Assembly (NCBI RefSeq): GCF_036321535.1
Contig: NC_087436.1
Location: 16,802,001-16,866,000 of the forward strand
Direction: 5' to 3'
Source: Camelus dromedarius
Taxonomy: Eukaryota
DNA: 64,000 bases
Below, in pieces: positions 38,554 through 53,160 of this stretch. The first letter of the stretch is position 1, and each line of letters opens with the position of its first letter. The notes below the pieces were generated by a model, which saw nothing but the letters and a program-made list of their open reading frames with translations, did not search any database and was not told the origin of the DNA. A program made the translations under genes and the position numbers.

Positions 38554-41500
38554 AAGTTTTTGGTTTCTAGCTACACTAAACCCTAAGTGTGACCTTTAAG
38601 CAGCATTCAAAAGTAGACTGGGATACATGGTGGTAGCTCTGTAAATAAATGACCTTGCTTTCTTATTTCTCAGTGAAAGTTTGGAAATCTCTATCTATCT
38701 CTACAAGCTGATATTGGTTTTAAAAAACTGGAAATGCTCCCACTGTTATCCTGCTGGAAGCTAATTAGTGGAGAACAGGACAGAGGGGCTAAGAAGTATC
38801 ATATATTGAGCATCTACTAATTAAGAGGCACTTTGTTAAGCCATGTGTTATCCAAAGTCTTGCAAGATAGGTAGATTGTTAGTTGTGTTCCACAGATAAG
38901 AAAACTCAGGCTCAGAGAGGGACCTGCTCAAGCTGCAGGCATGGATGGTGAGCGGCAGAACCAGGATTTGAGGTATTTCTGACTCTAAGCCTTGCACTCC
39001 TTCCACTCATGCGCTGGGCTACATCCTCTTTCTCAGTGGCATTACGAGCAGTCCAGGGTGCTTGGAGGATCAAGGGTCTCCCAAGTGCTCCAACAGTGTG
39101 GGAATGGTACTAAATCTTTTCCTTAATTCTTGTCTTCCTTGAGCGAGTCACTTTTCTTTTCTGTGTCTCAGTCTGCCTCAGAAAATTGATCTGATCCCTG
39201 CTGCTTTGAAGACTATTCTGTTTTCATGAAGAACTATGATCTCTCAGAAGAAAGGTGACCTTTAAGGTGCCCATCCTCATTCTTAGATTAGAATCATTCT
39301 TAGATTCTTGGACACCACTGTCATTTGCATCCTGTAGCAATTGAATGCTTTCCTGGTTTCTCTAAATGTGGTCCCAGGTGGCACTGTTGTTTTCAGTAAG
39401 TCCTCCCAGAGGCATCTTGTGGATGAAGACGAAGTGTGCTAGGGAGTGGTGGCGGCCAGGGAATTCAGCACGGATTGTGTGTATGGGTCAGCAGGGATGT
39501 ATTCCACTACTGTGCTGCTTTCATGTTCCTGTCTGACCAAAGCCATAAAGGCCTGATGCATTTTAGAAAGTTTCCCAGAAAAGAAATACCATCAGAGGGG
39601 CCTCTTGTGCTATGGATTGGAGAGCTCAAGAATTCTCAGGAAATGAATATATGTATTTGCTAGTAAAAATGAAAGGACACCTAGTGTTACACAGATATTT
39701 TAAAGGTTAGAATGTTAGCTTTTGGATGAGCTTTAGCAGTTGCTTTTTTTTTTTTCCTTTTTATTGTGAAAGCGATAACTGTTCCTGCCTCTATCCAGGG
39801 AATCCTTTCTAACAATACCACATTCATTAATGGGAGAGTGATGGTTTCCTTGAGTGAAAGGAGCAGCAAGAATATGGGGAAGGATGGACTGTTGCTGGAA
39901 GAGAGGGGAGGGCATGATTACCTTGCTGGGCCAACAAGAATGAGTTGCCCAAAATGGCCGTAAAGGTGTTTCTGGTGTTTCTAGACAGTTTTGAAGATAA
40001 AATTGTTATGTGAGTAGTTAGAATTTAGCAAAGACATTGTATGTTTACAGTTCTAGGCCCCAGTGCTAGAGTTACTAATGCCTTGGGTTTATACTGCTCA
40101 AGTTGTTTCTTTGCCTGGCTTTTAAATGAAGCTTTATTTTAATTTGTACATAGTCCTTTGCCTTGTTTAAAGGAAAAAACCCCCCACAATATCTGGAGCC
40201 CCAATTTCTTCAAATCTGCCTTTTGCAGCTGATTTTTATTTATTTACAGGCCTATTACACTTAGAAAAAGTTTTATGGCATCAGCAGTAAAATCAAAAGA
40301 GTGTGTGACTTTTCTAATCATTTATTTCCTACAGAAATTTTAACCATGCAGATCTACAGATTTGGGTCACTCTTCCTGTTGAAAAAGGAATGGTTTTCAA
40401 GTGTTGATTTTCACTGTAACGAGAGGTTTTACTCCTTTTGTGGCTAGCCTCCAAGTTTTATTTTCTTGAACCTGGAGTGAATCTCATATCTTCCTAGGTT
40501 TATTCCTGTGTTTGCAGCCCTGATATAAACATCCTATCCATGGGGAAATATTTGTACTGCTTACAGGAGCAGCTTCTGTGGCTGGAGAGGGTAGGTAACA
40601 CACTGTGAACACAGCCCAGAATGATGGTCTGTACGTGGATGACAATGGGAGTCTAATAAATGTGTCACACTTAATACACTCTCTGCATCTGCTTGGGAAA
40701 GAATCTGAGATACAGAAGCTAAAACCAAAAATCAAGGTCTGGTACTCTTGCTGCATGATCCTGGCCAAATTATTTGACATATTGGATCCTCAGTTTCCTA
40801 TTTGGTGAAGTGGACATGATAAAAATAACTGCTGACTATATTGCTGCAAGGACCAAATGAGATTTCTGTGTGAAAACATAATGTAAACTCGAAAATACCA
40901 GGCACCTTATTAATGAATTGAAAGACTCAGGAGGACATATATGCTGATGTAGAAAAGCTGATGGTTGTCTATCAGTGTAAAGCAGTTACAGAGTGCTTTT
41001 GCAAAAAGACAGTTTTCTTGGAAATATTAGTGGGTTGACTGGGCTCCCTTTCTTCTCTGACCTCCCGTCAGTCAACAGATCATATTCAAACATTACACTC
41101 GGTAGGGAATCCAAAGCTTAGTAGGATGTATTTGCCTGGTGGTTATCTGAAAACTAATGTTCTAGTTTTATGTAAATGTGTTCAAGCTACATTGGTGCCC
41201 AAGTGTATTATCTGGTTTTAGAGTTTTGTGTATCATGTGTTTTTAAAGACTTAATAAAACCTTAAGTACTTAATAAACTGCTAGGGAACAACTGTGACAA
41301 ATGTTGTTGGCATCAAATACACCGGGAAATAAGGTTTTCAGCCGAAGTGTCTTAATTAGGAGTGAGGCCAGGTTCCATCCTCTGTTTCACCTTGGTTTCT
41401 GCTTCTGGTCAGCCTTACAGCCTAGAGCTTTGTGATTGGCTGCAAATGAGTCAGATTACTGTTCTGTGTTGTGATTAATACCCCTGATGAGTCTATGTAG

Positions 41501-42609
41501 ATCAACAACAGAAAGTGTGCCAAGTCCATTTGAGGACAAGCAGCAAGTTGTGGTTCGATGAGCATCCTTTGTCCTTTCGTTTAGACTTAGTTCTAAGCAT
41601 GGGAAAAATATGACTCCTAATGCAAAGTGAAAAAGTCTGTCAAGATGTTTGAGATATTTTACCTAAAACAAACCATGGTATGAAATGTGAGGAAAGCTAA
41701 GAAGAGCTGGTGAGAAAACAGAGAAAGAAATAATCATTTACAAATAGCTGTTTACCTCACTTGAAAATGATCCTAATCAGGAATTTGCATTTCTTTAAAG
41801 CCTTTCTGTTGATGATAATATCCTTACCCCTGTTTCTCAAAAGGCAGTTATCACATAAAATGGCTTATAATAGAAGTGTTATTGCTTTCCTGGTGTTCAG
41901 CAATGTAAGATTTTTATTGGTATACTTGTCTTTTTTTTTTTCCTAAGCACCTGCAATTATATTTACATCCTGACAACATATAGTAGAGGTGGCACTTAAA
42001 TCTCCAAGTTTCTGTCTACGATCCTAAGCAATTTTACAGTCTTTTCAGCTCTACATATTTTCTGTAACAATTTCAAGTGCAATTAAGGCACAGAAGCACC
42101 ACTTGCAAAGTTTCCACAAAGGCAATATATTTTGGGTTTTGGTACTAGATAACATCACAATTACTTGCTTCATAATTAGTTTGGCAGATCTAGAATTAGC
42201 TCAGAATCAGAACCTTAGTGAGACTGTAAGATCTTAGCTTTATGTGTGGGAAAAATTCTGACTTTTTGTGTGAGGAAAGAAGGAAAGGGGTGAGATGCTG
42301 GCATTTGTCTTCAGTAACGTGGAGTGGTTGGTAGGATGGGATGTTGATGGTAGTGCAGTGAATTACCTGACAGATGACAGTTTGCGAGAACCGAGGAGAA
42401 GGGAGATCACAAACACTAGGCAGATTTTTTTTTTCCTGGCCCTAGATTAGAATATAGGACTCTTTATTCTACTAAGAATAGGTAATGAACTTACCTTGAA
42501 TCTCTACTAAGAAAAGATAATAGCATATATATGAGATGCCCTAATTTTACATTCATCTAACAATCGTACATTTACTGAGCAGCTTAAGAGGGTCCGTGAA
42601 GGGCCTGGG

Positions 42610-43050
42610 ATTTCCTCCTATTTACAAGCTAAAAATTTAGCCTGCCACAATTTCATGGTTGTGATCCGACTGCAGACCCAGAATCAGGACCTGTCAGAGA
42701 CAAGGACTTCATTTCTCACGGACAGCATGCAGACTGAGCTTCATGTCCACATCAGTTCCCTTCACCCCGAGTCCCCTGGGGCCATGTGGAGGGGCTCATG
42801 TGGAGGCTGTACACGTGGGTTTGTGTTACAGCTGAGAGTTGTGAGCTTGGGGAATCTATGGCTTTCAGAGGAAGAGTGCTCTTTTTCCCTGTAGGAGGTG
42901 TTACCTCACTCCTCAAGGTTGCTTGCTGCAAACACAACCCTGAGAAACAGTCTGGGTAAAGAGTAAAGAACAGCCAGAACCTGGCATTCTTCACATCCAA
43001 TACAATTGTCAGGGATGCTCAGGACCCCTTGCAGACTGCCTCTTCCAACA
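42610..43050 (-). mobile_element. ERVL LTR (LTR50-like)
   Basis: gttacctcactcctcaaggttgcttgctgcaaacacaaccctgagaaa ... gcagactgcctcttccaaca terminus; subfamily named from memory. Confidence 0.6.
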
Positions 43051-45294
43051 TCGAGGAACTCAAGACAATTATCTTCCAAACCATATGTGTCTGTTGTAAC
43101 ATGCATAAACTCTAAGTACATATATTTGTAGTTTCAAAGCATTATTATTCCCTCTTTTTTTGCAGATGAGGAATTTGAGACTCATTGTGTTTAAATAAGA
43201 GGCTAAAATCACAAAAAATGGCACAGCAAGCACTACAACAGTGTTCAAATTCATAGTCTAATGTTATCATTAGACTGTTCTGCATTACTGCAAAAGGATC
43301 TTTGGGCTATGTTGGCGTGGTGCTGTAGTGAGGGCTTTGCCATTACTTTATCACTGCTGTTGTACATCTCAGGAAATGAGTGCTCCTTTTGCTATTCTGT
43401 TGTTGCATTTTGGTTCTGTTGATCTAGTGTGTTCCAACATCTTTTCCTCCCTTTAGTTTAGATAAATCTATTTATTTCTAAAGGACCATGGCTTTCTCAG
43501 AGTTCTAGGAAATAGGGTCAAAACAATGATATTGCTTGTTGTCATAGAACTACAAAGCCGTAGAGATAAAATATCCATCAGACACAATTTAGTCTAACTA
43601 CTCCACCTCCGTTTTATGAATAAGAAAGCAGACGTTCAGAGAGTCTCAGTAAATTACCACTCAAGGTCAAAGGTTTTATTGGTGGATAAGAGAAGACCAA
43701 ATCTAGGGTTTTGTTTTGTTTTTTGTTTGTTTTTTTGTATATAAAATTCAGTATTTTTGTTACTGCACTGCATTTCATTCTGAAAGAAGATTTCCAGGAT
43801 ATTGGCAGAAGCTTAGTACCTTCTCAATATGTGTTCTAAAATTCTGTTTAGTTACGGTAGTATTTCTGTTTTTCATGTTCAAGATAATCAATCTAGGTAT
43901 TGAAATGACAACAGAATTATAATTCCTTTAAATCATGGGTTGCAAACTTAAATACCCTTCTGAGATCAGCAGGTAACTGAGACAATGTGATCAATGGGAG
44001 GAATGACATCTATGGCAAACTGGAGAAGGCACACCCATTAGACACCCTGATTTATTTCTTGAGCATCACACGTCCCCTAAATCTATATCGGCGTCTATAT
44101 TTGGCCCTCCAGCTGTCATTTTGCAATACCTGACTTGAATAACATGGTTTTAAAAGATTTGCTATATCCTTACATGTGACTTTGTCACGTAGACTTTCAG
44201 AGCTAAATAGGATATCAGCCGCCAGCTGCTCTAACCGATCATTATGAAAGGGAAGCAAAGGAGCTTCAGTGACTTGCTCAAGACGATTAAGCTAGTTTGT
44301 TACACCACCTGTGACTAGAACCAAATTTCCAAACTCCTAGTCCTGTATTCTTTCTATTTCATCTTGAAACAGTTTTTAAAAAAGAATATTCAATATTGTA
44401 AGAAGCAGCAACGGGCAAATCAGTTTGTTGATAACCTCCCAGAAACTGGTCAATAATTATTTATTGAGTATATTACCACATGCCCATGCTAAGTGACATG
44501 AGGCATACAAAAATGTGTCAGACATCTTTGTTCATTTCTGTCCTCTCTAGTTGGGAAAGTCAGAACTGATACAGGAGAATAATTAAATGCTAGAATCTTT
44601 GGCATTGACTTTAAGTATAATGAAAGTTGGGAAAAAGAGAGATTATTGGGGACTTGAAGACCTTAATTCTCCATTTTCCTACAATTATCTTTAGTAGTAT
44701 ATTTAAGAGAACGCTTTGTCATAGCCAAAAGAATATTATGGTATTTGCTGGAGGATGCCAGTACTGGAATTACATGTGTGAGTGCGTGTCTGTGAGCGTG
44801 AGAGATATTGAGTTGTTATCTATGCTGTTCATTCTGCATGTTAAGTCTTCATTTTTGTCCACTGGTATCTTAAACATCTCCTGAGCCCTATTTTGAAGTT
44901 AATGGCAAGTGCCGAAATTGATATAAGCTGTGCTGGGATGGAGAGAGAGAGCTATCCTCTGATTGAGTATTATAGGAATATCAGTTAAAAACAAACTGTG
45001 GCCCTCTGTGCCTTTTGATGTATGTATATCAGTACATCATACATCAGTATGTATGTTTTCCTTCCAGCAGTGTTTAAGTTCTGTTTTCATACTCTGTGAT
45101 ACTGTAGTCAGCCTTACCCTAATAGTTTTATCCTGGTAGGGAATTCCTCTCCCATGCCTGTTTTGTAACTTGGTTGGCATCCCTAGTAGATTTGTCACTT
45201 CCCCCCTTTTTCTCTCTCTACCTCAGATGCTCGGTCTTACTGCTCTGTCTGCAGAACTCTCCCTTCTTAGGTGCTTTGAAATTAATCCTAATAT

Positions 45295-45511
45295 GAGGGT
45301 TGGTCAACTTTTCTTGAAAAGGATCAGATGATAGTAAATATTTTGACTTTGTGGCCCAGATGGTCACAATTACTCATCTCTGCTTCTGTAGCAGGAAAGC
45401 AGCCACAGATAATAGGTAAACATACAGGCTTGGCTGTTGTCCAGTAAAACCTAGTTTACAGAAACAGGTGATAGGTTGAATTTGGCCGTGGTCATGGTTT
45501 GCCAACTCCTG
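45295..45511. mobile_element. MER58A-like hAT-Charlie element
   Basis: Terminal inverted repeats gagggttggtcaac / gtttgccaactcctg; internal gatagtaaatattttgactttgtgg and aaagcagccacagataa. Confidence 0.8.
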
Positions 45512-46070
45512 CTCTAATCCTTTGGTATCTTAAGGAATGCTTACTCCAAGGGTTGATCAAGATGATATCCGATTGTATAGGAAGAAGCTCTTGTTTATAT
45601 TTTTCTTTATTTTCTGATTATAATTCTGTTTTTGCTTATTTTATAACATACTTGATGTGTTAATAAAGTAGAGTGTAAATATAATTTATAGTTAAATAAC
45701 TATGCATATATTGGGACACCTACCCTCAAATTTTTGTACTGATATTAATGTGCAAAAAAAAATTGGAAAATTGGAGAGGCTTCTACTCCAACATTTCACA
45801 TTCTTCACAAAGACCATGCATTTGAAAATATACCTCTCTTATGCTTATACACAAGAAAGGCACTGTTAGTGTAAGGAGTCGTGACTGTGGAGTTGTAAAA
45901 TAGGGAAAGGGTCCTAGAGACTTAGAATCTTATGCATTCTCTCTCATTTTTATTGGAACCATCTCAGCTAGTCAACAATTGACCATTAGTCTAACTTTCC
46001 CTTTAATAGTAGTCATTTTCCCTTTGGTAGTATCAAGAATATTCTGAATTGTTACTTTTAAATATGATTC

Positions 46071-46178
46071 TTTTGCTTTTTTTAATTGAAGTAAAGTCAG
46101 TTATAATATGTCAATTTCTGGTGTACAGCACAATGTCCCAGTAATGCATATACGTACCTATATTCGACTTCTTTTTCT
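46071..46178 (-). mobile_element. Short L1 3' end
   Basis: T run then aattgaagtaaagtcagtta ... tcaatttctggtgtacagcacaatg. Confidence 0.85.
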
Positions 46179-49100
46179 ACGTAAAGTGTTATTCTCTAAT
46201 TCTATGGATGGTGCAGATCATACATTTTCTAGCATTTGTTAACCCCCTGGCGTCTGACAGAACGATTGATACACAAAGAGCAGCATGTTCATAATTAAAT
46301 GAAGGCCCTATAGTCTCTCTAGAGACCACAGTTAGAGGCCTTGGTGTGCTGTCTAAACCAATGCTTGCCTACCCTTTAAGAGGAAGTAGTGATAGTTCTG
46401 AAGTTTTGCAAGTGTTTTGTGATCGATTTCTTCCACTTCCTCCCCCTACCTAGTTCTAAACCTGCCACTGGGAAGTGTTAATTTTTAATTTTAATATGAA
46501 TTACAATTAATTGATTTTGAGAACTTTTTGTCAATTTCATGAGGCTGTTATGCAATTTCAGTACTTTGGGGCTACCGTAAATCTAGAGTCAGAATGTCCA
46601 ATACAAGTGGCTAATATAAGTAACCACATTAAATCAAAACCTTTTTAATAGTGTACCATTATTGCTTTTTAAGTAGCCTACATTTATCCTCCCAACAAAG
46701 AAGTTGTATGTTTTAAGTGATGTTGCTGCTAAGTGTTTAATTGTGTATCATTTAAAGAGAAATTTGCAAATGTAAAATATACCAATAGTTTTGCATCTTT
46801 AGTGTGATCTTGTCAAGTCAGAGTTTAGGTTAAGTTGGAAACACAATCGAGACCATGCTAGCATTCTATCTCAATCAGCTTTCTGTATGCCCATGGTCCA
46901 TTCTGTGGAGGTTGGCCCTGTCTCCACACACCCACTTTCAGGATTACCTGGATTCCTGTTGGAATATTTGAAACTAGAGTAGCCCCTTTGAACTTTTAGT
47001 AGTTTTGTTAATATGTTCAGCAGTATTACTCATTATTTGTTTCTTCGTTAAGCACTAGATGGAAAAGTTACCCTCTTTTAGGGTAACTTTTGTAATCTTT
47101 CAGATAGCCACATTTTAAGCATAAATTTCCTCTTCCTACAAAGGAAATATTATTTTAAAGTGTCAGAAGGAAATAATTTCAGATATTAAAACTTATTCAG
47201 AGCATGCTTAAGCATGTCACTACTTGAGTGTCCGTCTGTATTTGCTTACTTCTCTTTTTGCTTTTTCATGCTTACTAATGGCTCTCAGTTTCCATTTGTA
47301 ATGAAACAAACCAGACATTTAAACTTGAGGAGGCATCTTGTGCAGTTGGAAAGACAAGAGGAGGGGGAGGATAAACCTTGACTTAGTGCTTGATTTTTGA
47401 CAAGTGCTTCTCTTGTATGAGAAGCATCCTTTCTTGTGTCCTACTGTGCTTATCATTATATTTATTCATTTATTTATTTATTTTTATTTCACTACTGGAC
47501 AGATTATGCTAATAAAAAATACATGCAGTATTTGGGTGGTGAAATGCCAAACTGCTGTGGGTGGCATGTGAAGTGGGGGAGTCATGCCAAGTAATAATCT
47601 ACAGGCAGAAATAGGTCATCAAGTGTCTATTTAGAAAAATTGAAGGTAAAATGCCTGTCGTTATTTGTAGATGTCGATCAGTATATTGTTCAGTGTCCGA
47701 TGAGTCTTAATGCATTTATATTTGTGACAGATATGTTATTCTATCCTTGTTTAAATAGATTTGCTTTAACACATTGAGACACCCATCAAGATATATCCAT
47801 AGAAATTCACTCAATATTTATACTGGATTAGATCAGGTGACTGAATTGAGCTTTCGGGTTTGTTATGTGAGAGCATATGGGCAAGTTGTAGCCTAGAAAA
47901 GATGTATGGTATTTTCAGTTTCCTTTTAATTATAGAATCTTATCTACAGCAATAAAAGTTTATATTTAACTTTACAAGAACTGTATGCAGTGAGCAAAAT
48001 AATTGCATGCACTCATGCATCTGTAGAACATAAATTAGATTTTGATAAAAAGTAAATTGATTCTTGATAAAGTTCTGAATGCTAATGGGACAGAAATTCT
48101 CTAACCATTTTCTATTCTTGCAGTATCTTTTGCAGTGATATAGGCTGACTTTTTTTTTTTTTTTGGCACCCACATATAGCAAATAACTGTGAAACATTTC
48201 AAACCTCAAAGTGACACTAAAACTGTGAAGTATGAAATGGAAGTGCCAGAGCGTGTGAGACACATTGCATAGTGCTGCTCAGTAATTCAGTGTGTGCATG
48301 CAAGAGAAATGCCAACACCACTGTAGGATACAACATGATTAATGCTACCAAAAATTAATACATAAAAACAGTTTCCATTTGCAAACAGTCCCTAATGCTT
48401 TCAAGTTACCACCTTCTATGTTTAGCAGCCCTGCCCTAGTGATGACACCCCTCTCACCCCATGAATATCTGTGGAGAGGAGTACAATTTATAAATGAATA
48501 TCCTCCTTGCTATGTCAAGGTTACTAAATAGTTACGATAAAGGACTGTGGTATTTTATGCTTCTCCATGAGTGCTTGTATTTTTCCCACCTGACATGTGA
48601 AGATCATTAGTTTTATACTGGTTTGCCTTACAGCTGTCACTGCCGTAATGATTGTTCTCTTCCCAAGTTTCTTCGGACAGTCTTTCAGCTAGGGTCAAAT
48701 GAGTTCTTTGAGTTCTCAAAACCTCATTCAGGGCCTATGTTAGAGTGTCCTTAGGTTTTACTTGCTTCTGAGACTCAGTTTGTTCATTTGTGTGTCTCAC
48801 TTTTGGGAAGCATGTTCAAAGGGGTTTGGAGTTATTACCAAGTCTTCTATATTTCCTAGATCAGACATAATGGGAAGGAAACATGTGTCCCTAGGAATGT
48901 GTCAGCCCTGTTTATGTTAAGTTGCACCTATCTGTCTGTCTGTCTGCCTACCTAGCTTCCTACTTTTCTTCCTTCCATCTATTCATCCATCCACATCTGT
49001 CTATCCTGATAAGAAGCATGAGTTTTCTGGGTCACAGACAGACTTAATTGCTCAGAGGGCATCCTACCTCAGGTTCCTCATGCCTCATGTAGACTGGAGT

Positions 49101-51169
49101 GAGCACCACAGAAGAGGAACTCTGAAATTCTGATTTTAAGTGCTTATGTAGGGCATTTGGTGCATTTGCATCTCCTCCCCTGTAGAGACAGAGAAAGAGA
49201 GAGGGGGGAAGGAGGGAGAGCAAGTGCTTCATAAATGTAAGCAAATCCATTCTGGGAAGAGGAGGTGAAGTGACAGTCCCTGCGTCTATCACGCTTTTGA
49301 ATATAAATAAGTGGCTTCAGAGCAGGTGCCTCGAAATCTCTCCAGGGTCTTTACCTTCCCTGGTTTGTTTGCTATTCAAGCATCTTTTAACCCAGGTACC
49401 AGAATTCGTTGCTCAGAAAGCCATGGCAGTGCAGAAATGTGAAAATATTCATGGAGAATTATTTCTTGACACCTGTTTCATTTTGTGTTAGTGAAATCAA
49501 GGGATATACTGACTAGGGATATACACTGGTATTTCTTCATCAGGTCGATTTGTGAGAGTCATTGAATTACAGCCACATCTTTGGGTTTTTGTTGTTGCTT
49601 CTTTGTTTTTAGTTTTTTTTTGTTGGAGAGCATGACCCCAAAAGGTGAATATACATACATGTCTTTTGGGTAATTTTGTTAAGCCTTTGGCTATATTTAC
49701 TTGGTAGAGATTCAGCTATTTCACTAGAGGGTGACTGGCATTTTCTTCCTTTTGGGGAATAATGTATGCTGCTTAATTTGCCAAAGGCTTGATGAGTACT
49801 GTTGTATTTTATGACTGGATAAGAGAAGTGAATGCTTGATGGAGAAATTTTAGGCATAGGAATATTTATTTAGCATGATACGACTTTCTGTTTTGTTTTT
49901 AATCTGTTGTGCTGTTACTAAAAGTTTACATACTTGGTACAATATTTTGGTAGCACTTTATCTTATGGCACTTCCAAACTCCACTTTGTAACATGTTATG
50001 TCTGCTTCATTTCCTGTATAGATATAATCAATGTCATGTTATAATTCTCATCATTATGACCATTACCCTCACTAATTTTACTGAGCACTTACTATGTACC
50101 AGGCATTGTGCTAAGTATTTTGCATGTATTATTCACCCAGTCTTCGCGGCAACCTATTATCATCATACACATTTACAAATGAAGAAGCTCAACACAGACA
50201 TAACGTAACTTGCTGAGTGTCATACTGGTGAAAAAGTTCAAATTTATGCCCCCTCAAGTCCATCTGCTTTCTTAACCACTTCTTCTGTGTTACCCCTTGT
50301 AAATAATATAATTTACCCACCTGGAGGATGAGATTCCCATACCTGAAATATATTAATTAATGTAATAATTTGTACCTGGTAGATATTGAATTGATTGATT
50401 ATACTTGAGTAAAATGTCTTAAAGCTTATTGGAATTGTATAATTTTTGTCTTCCTTTTCATTGCTATTACATTATATTTTTGTATTCCTGAAAATAGTTA
50501 TCTGTTCATTGTTTTTTAAAACATTTAAAAATGGTTTTAAAAACATTTCACACTGTTGTTTTATTGAGGTCTAAAATAGTGGAGTTAAATTGTACTGAAA
50601 AAACACGGATTAACTTCCAGTTCTGCTGACATCACAGAGAACTACATATTCTCTGGATTTAATTCAACTCTACTTTTAGTTCCTGGCTGAGATCTGTTTG
50701 TTCATTCAGCATTTATTGAGTACCTAATATGTACTAGGCTAGGTACTGAGATATTTGTTCAATAGATAAATGAATGAGTACAATTACTGTGGGATTAATA
50801 GGATATAAACTTTCAGAAAGTGGTGATGGTGTTTTCCCCTTGTCTTCTAACCTCCATGGTCTCTGACACATGATTGAGGAAGGTAGTCGATAACAATTTG
50901 TTAATTGAAGGATATTATATTAGACAATAATAACTACATCAGGATGGAGAAGAGGAACTTAAGAGAAATCTGAAGTATTCAGACAACCTGTCTAGCGCAA
51001 ATATCTTTTCTGCCCTCTCTGACATGACATCTGAAATTCATTACATCTGTACCTAATAAACACATTATTTTATTTATTCAATTAATATTTATTGGGCTGC
51101 TGATTTATAATGCTATGTGTGAGTTAGGGATCAAAAATTTTCCATTCTTAACTAGCTTATAACATACCA

Positions 51170-53160
51170 GTGAAAAAATTCATTCATTTATTTAATAAGT
51201 ATTTACTAAGCATCTATTATATGCCAGTCACTCTTCCTGACAGTAATGTTATCATTGTGAAAATGGAGCTTATATTCTGCTGGGAGAGGATAGGCAAAAA
51301 GCAAAAAAACAGATAAAGCTAGATAATCACAAAATGTAAAGATCACAGTGAAGAAAACAGAGTGATACAATAGACTGTGGGGACATACTTTAGATGCAGA
51401 TGTCATAGAAGTGTCTCTGAGGAACTTATATTTGATCTGAGATCTGAAGGAAAGGAAGACCAGTAGTGTGCTGGTAAACTAGCTGTCTGGGGGTGGGAGG
51501 AAGCCTGATATAACACATCTTAACTTTCATGGTGTAAATATTTCCACTGTGAGTGATTTCGGGCTACCCAGGGCTTAACCTCTGGATGGCAAAATTTAAA
51601 AAAATTTAACAGTTGACTCTTGAAAGCTGGTACAAGTCAGCTGCAGCACATCACTGGCAGCAGTATGAAGAGAAATCCAGGCAGTGAAGAAGCCCCAAGA
51701 AGGGGCAGGAATTGACTTATTCAGGGTCTTGAAAATAAACCATTGTGGCTGTCATATAGTGGCTGAGAAAATAAGCCATGTGAAACCATGTGAGAGAGAT
51801 GGGTAAGAATCAGACGATGTATGGCCCTGAGGTAATGGCAAGGAACTGCTTTTTATTTTAAGAGCAGTGGAAAGTCATTGAATAGTTTTGAGGCAAATGT
51901 GATCAGATTTCCATTTTAAAAAAGATGCGTTGACCTGTTTGTATAGAATGGGGTAAATGGAGGCCAGAGAGAAAACAGGAGACTAATTAGGAAGCTATTT
52001 TTCAGTTCTGGCAAAAGATAATGTTGGCTTAGATTGGGTTATTGTTCAACACATATCCACTCTCTTCCTCCTCCACCCTGGGTTGGAATATGATTTCCTG
52101 CCCCACTGACTTTGAGATGGGCCATGAGCTTGCTTCGGCCAACAGGAGGTGAGAAGATGTGTTGCAAGCAGTAGTTTTAAATATGTTAGTGGTTTAACTT
52201 GTCTCTTATACTTCTTGGTCTGTCACAAAAAGACCATGTCCCAAGTAGCTGCACCCCTCCAGTGTGGCCCCTCTAAGCCAGCTGCCTCACAGCCTGAAGC
52301 AGAGCTGCTCTGGCCAAGTCAGAGAACTCTGAGCAAAAAGATCTAAACTTGTAATCCACTGAGTTTTGGTTTGGTTTGTTATGCAGCATGATTGTGGCAA
52401 TTGTTGTGGTGGTGGTGAAATTGGAGAGAAATGGGAAAATTTGAGATATATTTTAGTTACGGATTTCTCGTTTGAGTTGGTGGCCGTATGGTGGTGTCAT
52501 TTACTGACACAAGAAAGACAAGAAAGAACAGTTTTTGAAGGGGAAAATCAAGAGTTTTATTAAATATGTTATATTTGAAATACTTATTAACATGCAGCTT
52601 CACATGTAAGACGATTGTATACATGAGTCTGAAGTTTTGAACACAGTATGGCCTGGAGGATAAAGTTTTAGAGTCACTGGTGTGTGGACACATTTACCCA
52701 AGGAACTGTTTGAAATCTCCTAAGGAGCAAGTGAAGTTAATACAAACAAAAGGGCTTCTGATAGAGGCCCACGGCTCTCCATCTTTTAGAGGTCTGATAG
52801 AAGGAGGGTCAGCAGAGGAGACTGAAAATGAGCAGCTGGGTTTTCACAAGACCAAAACCAGGAGAAATTGTTGTCATATAATCCCTGCACAAGAGAACCA
52901 CTGTTGCCATTGTGTACTGCTGAAGGCCCAGTAAAATGCAGAGATATGTCCAGTGTGTGTGCTACCGTGGTGTTACTGCATCCTTGGTAAGTGATGACTG
53001 TGCGAGCTGGATTCCCTGTGGACTGAAGACTGAACAGGGTGAGGAAGGGCACACAGTTTGTGTGTAGACAGCCAGTTTAAAGTTTGCTGTAAAGCAAAGA
53101 AAAATTGAACAGTAGCTAGAGAGGTTTTTGTTATGTTTTGTTTTGGAGTGTGAGCTGTGA
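51170..53160 (-). mobile_element. LINE-2 with nested MER63-like transposon (about 51461-51656) and MLT1 LTR (about 52035-52405)
   Basis: L2 tail attcattcatttatttaataagtatttactaagcatc; TIRs cagtagtgtgctg / cagcacatcactg; MLT1 motifs cctgccccactgactttgagatgggccatg and tttgttatgcagcatgattgtggcaat. Confidence 0.7.

Noticed and set aside
47067..47087. RFX X-box (GTTACC...GGTAAC)
   Set aside because: Half-sites are 9 nt apart whereas X-boxes have 0-3 nt; kept only as a palindrome.
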